DNA of 41,633 nt from positions 1 to 41,633 of the forward strand of contig JBJKRU010000141.1 in NCBI GenBank assembly GCA_046704485.1, in the 5' to 3' direction. Under the pieces are notes generated by a model. That model saw nothing but the letters and a program-made list of their open reading frames with translations. It did not search any database and was not told the DNA's origin. Both the position numbers and the translations under genes were made by a program. This document shows, one piece after another, positions 15,286 through 22,730 of the stretch (position 1 is the first letter of the stretch; each line of letters begins with the position of its first letter). Source of the DNA: Candidatus Limnocylindrales bacterium. GTDB taxonomy: Bacteria > Chloroflexota > Limnocylindria > Limnocylindrales > CSP1-4.

Positions 15286-16722
15286 TCAGCCCGCCGAGAC
15301 CCCGTAGAGGATCTCGGTGGGCAGCCGGCTGGACAATAGCCCGTCGTACTCGTCATCGACCTGGCGGATGTATGTCGGGACATCCACGCCACGTAGAGCA
15401 GCGTTCATCACGACCGTCTCGCCAACATGCCGCCCATTGACCAGCAGGAGCGGATAGCGGTCGGTCATGACTTCGCGCTGGGCCTGCTCTGTGTAGTGGC
15501 CGGTGGTAACGAAGGCGCCGACCCAGCCTCGATCGAGCCGGGCGACCACCCTCGCCAGATCCAGGCCGCCCGTGCCCGCCGCCTCGATCCCTCGGCACTT
15601 CGCCTGCCCTAGGACGACGAGGCTAAGACTGGAGGGACCTCCCCCGAGGTCGAGTCGGCCGACGAAATCGACGCCGCCATCGCCGGCCCGCTTCGTGATC
15701 CAGCCGCGGCGGTACTGGCCGGTCTCGTTGAGGCGCGATCCGACGACTTCAGACGCCAACGCCTCGAACCTATGCTCGCCCACGCCCTCCCAGCTGCCTC
15801 CCGTCTTGTAGTGGGAGATGACGGCATCGAGTGCGGCGGCCGCAGGCGTTCCGGGTTCAGGGCGCTGCTCGGCCGTGCTCAGAAGCCGATATCGCGACAC
15901 CGACTGGCGGACCTTGTCGATCTCGGCGGTGCCGTGATCGATCCACCGCCTCCAATTGGCCGGCGCAATCTGGGCGCTCTGCTCCAGGTTCCAGCTGGGG
16001 TCTCGCCGGCTCGCGATCCACTCCCATGCGAGGGTCAGGTTCTCAGGGCTCAAGTCGACGAGTGCGCAGTCGAACGCATAGTTCACGAACGTCCGACCTT
16101 GCCGGTCAACCTGCGTGACGCGCTGAGCGCGCTCGATCACCCCAACGCCGATGAACCGCCAGTAGCCCTTGGCATGGCCCTCATGGACGTGACCTTCGAG
16201 GAAGATCAGCGGGGCGGCGGCGAGGCGATCCTGCCTACGGCCGGATTGGTGCAGGGCGAACTGCTCGAGGATGGAGCGATTGCCTGGCGCGCCAAGTGGG
16301 TCAGCTCCGCGGTCGGCCTTGTTGTCTCCGTAGTAGCGGACGAAACCAGCGTGGGCATCCAGTTCGTCGTGCCATGGAGTCCAGTCGGTGCCCGCACGGT
16401 GTGGCTTTGACGCGATCAAGATCGCCGGTCGTCGAACACCATCGGAAGCATCGACCTTGACAATCGAATTGATGCCGTGCTCGAGCTGAACGCGTCCGGC
16501 CCCTGCCAGGCCAGGCCAGGTCGGCCACCTCGTGACGTTGAAGAAGTTGCGATCAGGACCGATGAACTCGACTTCGGGCCCCGGCGAGGGCTTCGAGTAC
16601 CTGTATCGCTCGAAGAGCCTCACGGCCTCCCTCCAGCCGAACGACGCCCTAGCTCGTATCTCGCTCGATGATCGCACATCGATCTCGGCGCGCACCATCC
16701 CGGTTTCCGAGCCGACGCACAT
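15286..16722 (-). CDS. restriction endonuclease with a C-terminal Mrr-type PD-(D/E)xK catalytic domain; N-terminal domain of about 230 aa may be an SRA/PUA-like base reader
   Basis: C-terminus: FEALASEVV, RAGDGGVDFVGRL, LVVLGQAKCR, GAFVTTGHYT (Mrr_cat pattern D-G-G-x-D ... Q-A-K). N-terminus: PAILIASKPHRAG, GFVRYYGDNK, APGNRSIL, PLIFLEG, KGYWRFIGVGVIE. This is only reminiscent of modified-cytosine-reader domains and was not verified. Confidence 0.7.
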   Translation of the reverse strand: MCVGSETGMVRAEIDVRSSSEIRARASFGWREAVRLFERYRYSKPSPGPEVEFIGPDRNFFNVTRWPTWPGLAGAGRVQLEHGINSIVKVDASDGVRRPAILIASKPHRAGTDWTPWHDELDAHAGFVRYYGDNKADRGADPLGAPGNRSILEQFALHQSGRRQDRLAAAPLIFLEGHVHEGHAKGYWRFIGVGVIERAQRVTQVDRQGRTFVNYAFDCALVDLSPENLTLAWEWIASRRDPSWNLEQSAQIAPANWRRWIDHGTAEIDKVRQSVSRYRLLSTAEQRPEPGTPAAAALDAVISHYKTGGSWEGVGEHRFEALASEVVGSRLNETGQYRRGWITKRAGDGGVDFVGRLDLGGGPSSLSLVVLGQAKCRGIEAAGTGGLDLARVVARLDRGWVGAFVTTGHYTEQAQREVMTDRYPLLLVNGRHVGETVVMNAALRGVDVPTYIRQVDDEYDGLLSSRLPTEILYGVSAG

Positions 16723-16759
16723 GTCACGCCTCTAGGGGCAAGTTCGCCTGGTTCGTCAT

Positions 16760-17515
16760 CTAGGCCTCAGCCTGGCGCCAGTCCTGCATCTGGACCACCT
16801 GAGCCACCCTGTCGAAAGACCAGCGCAGGGCCTTCCCGTACTCGAGCAAGCCGTCCTTACGCACAACGTCGACGATCGTCTGACCTGCCGCTGACCCCCA
16901 AAGGATCCGGCGCCAAGGGACCTCGACAAGCGACTCATCGCCGCCTTCGGCGTGGTACAGCACGAAGAGCGGGACCTCCATGACCACGACCGGGACACAA
17001 AGCGCTAACCCAGAGTGGTCTCGCGCCCACCCAACAGATCCGTCCATCGCCTGGCTCATTGCCCCATAGGCGACATCGTTGCTCTCGTCCGTTGCCTCAA
17101 CCACCGCGAAGGCCACATGTTCCTCGTCATAGGGCCCGCGACCCAGTGGAAACGCGCGCGTCAAGAACTCGGCGTCCGCCACGAACGAATCGGCCATAGC
17201 CGGGGACATGATCGGCACCCAGCCGCACTCCGCCAGCCGAAGCTTCGACTCGCGTGCTATCCAGGCGCCGCCGCCAGGCCCGGAATGCTTGCACTCGATG
17301 ATTGCGAGCGCTTCAACGCGAGACGTCAGCCGAGCGTCCGAGACCAAGTCAATTTCGCGGACCTTCCCTGTTGCCGCATCGACGTAGTGCCGACCAAGGG
17401 TCGATCGAAATCCCCAGGGCTTGAGTCCCTCGGCGGTTTGGCGCTCTAGGCCATATCCCTGATTGCCTACCCATTTCTCGACATCGTCGAGAGTCCGGTA
17501 TGACTTTCTGGCCAA
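16760..17515 (-). CDS. hypothetical protein with a PD-(D/E)xK nuclease-like motif
   Basis: 251 aa. KVREIDLVSDARLTSRVEALAIIECKHS gives the D...E-x-K arrangement of the restriction-endonuclease fold. I recognise no other family. Confidence 0.5.
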   Translation of the reverse strand: MARKSYRTLDDVEKWVGNQGYGLERQTAEGLKPWGFRSTLGRHYVDAATGKVREIDLVSDARLTSRVEALAIIECKHSGPGGGAWIARESKLRLAECGWVPIMSPAMADSFVADAEFLTRAFPLGRGPYDEEHVAFAVVEATDESNDVAYGAMSQAMDGSVGWARDHSGLALCVPVVVMEVPLFVLYHAEGGDESLVEVPWRRILWGSAAGQTIVDVVRKDGLLEYGKALRWSFDRVAQVVQMQDWRQAEA

Positions 17516-17641
17516 AGCAGCAATCCTCCCGATGGGACTCGTCCAGCGCGGGCCGCGGCGCCTGGTTGTCGAGCACGATCTTGGGTCAGCGAGACGCAGT
17601 GCGGGGGTCGCTTGCCGACCTGGCCTCGCTGGCGCCCCCGG

Positions 17642-18373
17642 TCATGTATGCGCCCGGAGCGCACGCAGGGGCTGGCTTGGCAGCCAGATCCAGCCCTCCA
17701 CCGATGCCACGCCCCGCAGCCGCGGCGGGATCGGCGCCACCTGGGCGAGCTCGAAGGCCCGGGCGACGAGCGCGGCGACCAGGGCATCGAGCGCATGGTC
17801 CGAGGCGACGAGGTCCTCGCGATGCCCGCCCACGTCGAGGCCAGGGACGCCCTCGAGGATCGCCTGGAGCAGGCGAGCTCGAGGCTCGGAGGCATCCGGG
17901 CGCTTGTACCGGCCCGGCTCCAGCCCCCAGGCAGACATCGCGCCAGCCGGGTAGACCTCGATCACCCCATCCGACCCATCACGGCGAAGGGGCAGCCCGC
18001 GGCCCATCTCGGTGAGCAGGCGCGCTGCGCGGGCGGCCGGGTAGGCGATCCGGTCGCTCGAGACGGAGAGCGGTCGCCGGTCGGTCACCTCGCGGACGTG
18101 GAGATCGGTGGCTCGTTGCCAGAGGTCGCCCTCTGCGGCGAACGCCTGCCCCGCGTCATACCGGCGCAGCGCCGCGACGAACGGCCGGGGCCAGCCGAAC
18201 GGGGCATCGATCGCCGTGACTGACGTCAAGCCGTCGCCAGTCAACTCAAGGATGTCCGCGTCCGACAGCGGGCGGCGCAGCTCGACAACCGCTGGCTGGT
18301 CGTCCCAATCGATTACGCACCCGGCCGTCAGGGCATCCTGCGAAGCGAGGTCAACCCCGAATGTGCGGGTCAC
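17642..18373 (-). CDS. DUF429 family protein (RNase H-like fold, predicted nuclease)
   Basis: Track ORF is 17642..18529. I trimmed the start to in-frame GTG 18373..18371 (VTRTFGVDLASQ), 29 nt after the stop of the SecB-like gene. Candidate acidic catalytic positions: GVDLAS, VTAIDAPFGWP, IEVYPAG, HALDALVAALVA. Confidence 0.65.
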   Translation of the reverse strand: MTRTFGVDLASQDALTAGCVIDWDDQPAVVELRRPLSDADILELTGDGLTSVTAIDAPFGWPRPFVAALRRYDAGQAFAAEGDLWQRATDLHVREVTDRRPLSVSSDRIAYPAARAARLLTEMGRGLPLRRDGSDGVIEVYPAGAMSAWGLEPGRYKRPDASEPRARLLQAILEGVPGLDVGGHREDLVASDHALDALVAALVARAFELAQVAPIPPRLRGVASVEGWIWLPSQPLRALRAHT

Positions 18374-18401
18374 GGCTGGTCGGACGTTGCGAGGGCGCCG
18401 A

Positions 18402-18938
18402 TTAGTGCTTGTCGTCCGGTTGCTTCCGCTGGCGGCTAGTCCGTGGCTTGCGGTTTCCGCGTGATTGCGAGTCGCCGACTCGCGCCCGATCCACGAGTCC
18501 CTGAACGAGCTCACGAGCCGCCTCGGCATCGATGGTTGGAAGCGGGGGGACGGCCAGCCCAGTCATCCTCGCGAGTTCGCTGACGTTCGCACGCAAGTAC
18601 GGGTATACGAGAACAAATGCCGTCGGGAGGAAGGAGTCGGCCGTCGAAGCCTCGATCGGGTTCCCGGAGCGAAAGTGCCCAGCCGTCTGACACGCAATCT
18701 CAAGGCGATTTCCAGTCCCGAAGGGAACGGCCACCGATGCGCCGATCGTGGCAACAAGAACGCGATCCTCCTCCTGCACGTGTGCGGAGACGGCGCTGAG
18801 TTGGAGGGTGGGCTGATCGCCGGCTCCCTCGCCGACATTGGGCACTCGCCTGACGGCAGCGTCAAAGAGGTACACATCAGCGAACTGGAACGGGTAGATC
18901 GGCAGGTCGACGGGCCCCGCGGCCCCCGGGGCCGTCAT
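18402..18938 (-). CDS. SecB-like chaperone of a toxin-antitoxin-chaperone (TAC) module
   Basis: 178 aa. The SecB-like segment AFVLVYPYLRANVSELARMTGLAVPPLPTID corresponds to the FPY.R......G.PP..L signature. ATGA overlap with the upstream antitoxin gene. Basic C-terminal tail. Confidence 0.7.
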   Translation of the reverse strand: MTAPGAAGPVDLPIYPFQFADVYLFDAAVRRVPNVGEGAGDQPTLQLSAVSAHVQEEDRVLVATIGASVAVPFGTGNRLEIACQTAGHFRSGNPIEASTADSFLPTAFVLVYPYLRANVSELARMTGLAVPPLPTIDAEAARELVQGLVDRARVGDSQSRGNRKPRTSRQRKQPDDKH

Positions 18939-19387
18939 GACGCCAATGCCAGGGACGACTGATGCAAACGGTCGCGCCCGGAAGTAGCGTCAGTCGGGTT
19001 GGCTGCGACCGTTGGGTTGGCAGCCGCGGATGCCCTCTCGACATGGCTAACCAAGTACGGGCGCAAGTCGGTGATTGACGGGTTCGCCGCGAAATCGAAG
19101 GCGACGACCCGAGGCTCGAAGACGAGTCTCCAGCGCAGGTCGAGCGCATCGGAGATCCGATTGAGGACCCCGATCCGGAAGTCCCGCTCACCCGATTCCA
19201 GGCGTGCGATCACCGACTGCGTGGTCCCGATCATGTCGGCCAGTTGACGTTGAGTCAGGTCGTGCTCATCTCGCAGGGCCAAGATCGCGCCCGCAGCGTC
19301 AGCAAACGGCATGATCTCCCGCAGATCGGCCTCGAACTCCTCCTCAGATCCGTAGCGCTCCCACACGCTGGACCGGCGATCTAGCAT
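18935..19387 (-). CDS. higA: XRE-family HTH antitoxin (HigA-like) with a C-terminal extension
   Basis: 150 aa. HTH: LTQRQLADMIGTTQSVIARLESGERDFRIGVLNRISDAL. A tail of about 50 aa follows the HTH domain, the position of a chaperone-addiction segment in known TAC antitoxins. Overlaps both the toxin and the chaperone genes. Confidence 0.75.
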   Translation of the reverse strand: MLDRRSSVWERYGSEEEFEADLREIMPFADAAGAILALRDEHDLTQRQLADMIGTTQSVIARLESGERDFRIGVLNRISDALDLRWRLVFEPRVVAFDFAANPSITDLRPYLVSHVERASAAANPTVAANPTDATSGRDRLHQSSLALAS

Positions 19388-19737
19388 CGCAGTCTTCCGT
19401 CCTTTGCCATCTCTACGAGTTCGGCCCCCCGCGCGGCGTGCCTCTTGTACACGTCTTGCGGGAGTTCTTCTTTGCGCTTCTCGATCACGACGATGCCGAT
19501 GATCAGATCATCGCCTGCCAGCGTCATGAGGAGCCGGTAGGCATCCGCCCGTAGCTGCCAGAGTCGATCGACTCCCTTGATCTTGTGAAACGTCTTGTAC
19601 GGCAGTTCCGCTCGCGCGAACCCGTAGGGCTCCAGTCTCCTGCTGATGTACTCCCGAAACTTGGTGGCCGCCTTGTGGGCCTCGGTACCCTTTGCGCGGC
19701 TTGCCTTCAGGAACCACTCGTCGGCCTCGACCGACAT
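19381..19737 (-). CDS. higB: RelE/ParE-superfamily toxin (HigB/Gp49-like)
   Basis: Track ORF is 19381..19842. I trimmed the start to ATG 19737..19735 (MSVEADEWFLKAS). Core: IKGVDRLWQLRADAYRLLMTLAGDDLIIGIVVIEKRK. The toxin gene precedes the antitoxin gene, as in HigBA organisation. Confidence 0.7.
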   Translation of the reverse strand: MSVEADEWFLKASRAKGTEAHKAATKFREYISRRLEPYGFARAELPYKTFHKIKGVDRLWQLRADAYRLLMTLAGDDLIIGIVVIEKRKEELPQDVYKRHAARGAELVEMAKDGRLRC

Positions 19738-20234
19738 GCACGTTCTGAGTTTCCCCCGGTCCGTCACAGCCGACCTCGGGTTAGCGCCAACCTGGCGAGC
19801 GGCCCGGCGAACGAAGAATATAGCCGATCTGCGATAATGCAACCCTGACCTTGGGGTCCACGCGCGGGCGGCTCACCGCGGTCGTCGTCCACCGGAGCTG
19901 TCGGCATATGGGCAGGCTACCGCGGGAGGGCGCGCGCGACCGCGGTCGCCGACGCCACTCGGCGGATCCGACGACCCAATCGCGCGTGTACTCGCCGCAG
20001 ACGACCCCCAGGCTACTGGCGGCGACGCAGAGCCCCGGGCTGCGCACCGGGAACTCGTGCGTCGCAGCCGCCATGCTCACAGTCGCTCGCGGGGCTGGCG
20101 AGCCGGCTGCAAGCGGCGCTATTCTGACGACGACCGGAGCGCGCCAAGGCAGGGTGTTTTGCTCTTCTGCCGCGACACTCTAATTACTGCGATTCCCGCT
20201 CGCCGTCCGAGCTCAGAGCACACCGCTGGCGAGG

Positions 20235-20286
20235 TCTGGACTTCCCAAGCAGAATGTCGCGGGTTCGAATCCCGTCTCCCGCTCCA
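20235..20286 (+). tRNA. tRNA-Gly(UCC)-like 3' fragment (anticodon arm, T arm, 3' acceptor strand and encoded CCA); pseudo-tRNA and putative att scar
   Basis: tctggacttcccaagcaga atgtc gcgggttcgaatcccgt ctcccgc t cca. The T arm GCGGG/TTCGAAT/CCCGT and the 3' end CTCCCGCTCCA closely resemble bacterial tRNA-Gly genes as I remember them. No complementary 5' acceptor strand (GCGGGAG) lies upstream. The anticodon loop region is 2 nt too long (GACTTCCCAAG). Confidence 0.55.
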
Positions 20287-20372
20287 TTCCCCACACTCCG
20301 GCGGCCTAGGCCTCTTGAGCCCTGTGCCCGGCGAGCGTTCGGGGCCGGCTGAGCCCGGGTAAGCTCCGGTGC

Positions 20373-20633
20373 ATGCCCTACGGCTGGATCGGGACAGGAT
20401 GCGAGGTCGCGGAAATCCGACCCGACCTCGCCGAGCGAGCCCTACGCGAGTCGCATGAGACGTACTACCGCGAGTCGGCGGGCGATGCGCAGGTCGCGGC
20501 ATGGCGCGATGAGCTGGCATGGCTGTCCGCCAGCTTCAAGTCGGTGCCCGAGACCTGCGACTGGGGTGTCGTGCTCGAATACGAGCTGCCGGACGAGGGC
20601 GGGCGTCGGCCGGATGTTGTCGTCCTCACGTCC
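20373..20633 (+). pseudogene. 5' remnant of a DUF2075/NERD-like ATPase gene
   Basis: AAWRDELAWLSASFKSVPETCDWGVVLEYELPDEGGRRPDVVVLTS matches the N-terminal pattern of DUF2075-type proteins (..AW..L..L.....G..LEY.IP..G.R.DVVLL). The protein-like sequence then stops (SSWSSARNRPSKRW) with no Walker motifs. The end coordinate is approximate. Confidence 0.5.
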
Positions 20634-20976
20634 TCATGGTCAAGCGCCCGGAATCGGCCCTCGAAGCGGTGGAGGCCGCCGCCGACGCTGACGAACAGGT
20701 AGAGGTTCGGACTGCGCTCGAGGACCGCCAAGTTGGCGCCGGTCAACGACATGTCGCTGCTCCCGCGCCACTCGCCGAAGTACCGGTACCGGTTATCGCC
20801 AGATGGCATGTCGCGATAGCCATGGACTCACTGTTCGCGCCACCCGAGAACAGGCACACATGCTCGCCGTGGGCCGGGTAGCTGATGCCTGAGTCGAGGT
20901 TTCCCATGAGCCCGTGCGAGGTAGGACTCGCTGATCCTCGCAGGTCCTGGATGCCAAGGTCAGCCGCACTGGCCAT
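20634..20976 (-). pseudogene. frameshifted 5' remnant of an SRA-like (modified-base-reader type) gene
   Basis: Two minus-strand frames join near 20800..20830. The first reads HGLMGNLDSGISYPAHGEHVCLFSGGANSE. The second reads VHGYRDMPSGDNRYRYFGEWRGSSDMSLTGANLAVLERSPNLYLFVSVGGGLHRFEGRF. Together they follow the SGG..D...Y.G.....L..GN.A pattern. The C-terminal part is missing. Confidence 0.45.
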
Positions 20977-21176
20977 TGCACGCTGGTCAGCCGAGTTGCG
21001 CGCAGCGACTCGGCCCCGTGTCGCCCAATCAGCCTCCCGGTGGCGGGACCACCTGGTCCACGGGTTCGGTCCGTCCCGCCCTCATCGGGACGGCCGCCCG
21101 GGCCAAGACTCCCCATCGAGGACGACGGACGACATCCCGCCCCCCGTCCGAGCTCCTCCCGTGCTGAGGCCGTTCC

Positions 21177-21846
21177 ATGACCCGCTCGCCAGCCGCGCGC
21201 CAGCCGCTCCTGCTGCTCGCCGGCGTAGCAGCCGCTGCGCTGTACGTCTCCATCGTGCAGATCGCCGCCGAGATGACGCCCGGGTACAGCCACATCGCGC
21301 AGCCCGTGAGCTCGCTGTACGAGTCGGGGGCCGCGATCGGCGCCCCCGTGGCGGCCGCGTTCGTCGTGTACAACGCGCTGGTGGGGATGTTCGGGCTCGC
21401 CATCGTCCGCCTCGCGCAGGCATGGCCCGAGCGCGGCCACGCCGGCGTCGCGGCTGGTGCGGGGATCGTCCTGTGCGCCGTCGCAGGCGCCATCGACGAC
21501 ATCTTCCCGCAGGATCCCACCGGCACGGCGATCACCACGCCCGGCACGCTTCACATCGCCTTCGCCGGGATCGCCTCGCTCCTGACCATCGCAGCCGTGG
21601 CGCTGGGCGCCTGGTGGCTGCTCGGGCGCCGGGAGCTGCGCCCGCTCGCCTGGTACTCGGCGGCATTCGCTCGTCGTCATCTTGGGGTCGGGTCTCGCCA
21701 CCGCTGCGGCAACCGCGTCCGGCTCGCCGTACATGGGGCTCCTCGAACGCGTCACTATCCTCACGTTCACGCTCTGGATGGCCGTCGCGTCGGTGGTGCT
21801 CGCGCGGGCCCGGGCTCGGGCTGAGACCGGGGTCGTGCCGGCATGA
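21177..21846 (+). CDS. DUF998 family membrane protein with an apparent frameshift near 21671
   Basis: Track ORF 21177..21824 is protein-like up to LAWYSAAFA and then turns Arg-rich. A neighbouring frame continues LVVILGSGLATAAATASGSPYMGLLERVTILTFTLWMAVASVVLARA and stops at TGA 21844..21846, forming an ATGA overlap with the next gene. Confidence 0.6.
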
Positions 21847-22688
21847 CCGCGCAGGCCGCGCCGGCCAGCGGCCGGCACACGGGCCTTGCCGACCTCGTCC
21901 GCGCCCACCCGCTGCCCGCCTTCTTCCTCCTCGCCTACGCGATCTCGTGGAGCCTGCTCCTCGTCCTCCACGGCGTCTTCGGCTATGACGCCGCCGTCGT
22001 CATCATGGTCCAGACGCTCGGCCCCACCCTCGGGGCTCGCCTCGTGCTCACTGCCATCGGCGGCACGCCCGCGTACAAGGACATGCGCCGCCGAGGCCGG
22101 ACGTGGCGCCAGCCCGTCCGGTGGTACGCGCTCGCCGTGGTCGGCCTGCCCGCCGCCTGCCTCGCCGCGACGGCGATCCTGCCGGGCGGCGTCGACGCCC
22201 TCCGGTCGGTCGCACCCGCCACGATGGCGTCGACCTTCGCGTTCTACCTCGTCGTCGGCTTCTTCAGCGGGCCGCTGTTCGAGGAGCCGGGCTGGCGCGG
22301 GTTCGCCCTGCCCCGCCTCGAGGGCTCGATGGGGCCGCTCGCCGGCACGCTCACGCTCGGGGTGCTGTGGGGGGCGTGGCACCTGCCGCAGTTCTTCATC
22401 CCCGAGTGGGCTGCGGAGAACGGCGGCTCCGATCCGGCGACGATCGCGCTGTTCCTCGTGCTGGTGCTGTCGCTCAGCCCCCTGCTCACGTGGGTCTACA
22501 ACCGGACCGGCGGGAGCCTGTGGATGGCCATGGTCACCCATGCGGGCATCAACGCGTCGCGCTCGTTGGTGCCGATCCTGCCCTCCGGGCCGATGTCGGT
22601 CGGCGTCGTCGCCTTCGGTTCGATCGCCCTCGTGCTGATCGCGTCGACGCGCGGCAGGCTGGGATACGGCCCGGCGGCCGCAGACTAG
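21843..22688 (+). CDS. CPBP family intramembrane glutamic endopeptidase (CAAX protease/Abi-like)
   Basis: Signature motifs FEEPGWRGF (EExxxR), GAWHLPQF (FxxxH-type), THAGINAS (HxxxN). Multiple hydrophobic helices. Confidence 0.85.
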   Translation: MTAQAAPASGRHTGLADLVRAHPLPAFFLLAYAISWSLLLVLHGVFGYDAAVVIMVQTLGPTLGARLVLTAIGGTPAYKDMRRRGRTWRQPVRWYALAVVGLPAACLAATAILPGGVDALRSVAPATMASTFAFYLVVGFFSGPLFEEPGWRGFALPRLEGSMGPLAGTLTLGVLWGAWHLPQFFIPEWAAENGGSDPATIALFLVLVLSLSPLLTWVYNRTGGSLWMAMVTHAGINASRSLVPILPSGPMSVGVVAFGSIALVLIASTRGRLGYGPAAAD

Positions 22689-22730
22689 CGAGGGCCAAGC
22701 CCCCGACCGGCAGCGGGTATCGTCGAGCCG

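Noticed and set aside
20210-20286. Attempt to fold a complete 77-nt tRNA ending at the CCA
   Set aside because: The 5' 7 nt (AGCTCAG) cannot pair with the 3' acceptor strand CTCCCGC. The D arm is truncated and the anticodon stem has a G-G mismatch with an oversized loop. I therefore called it a fragment rather than a functional tRNA or a frameshift-suppressor tRNA.
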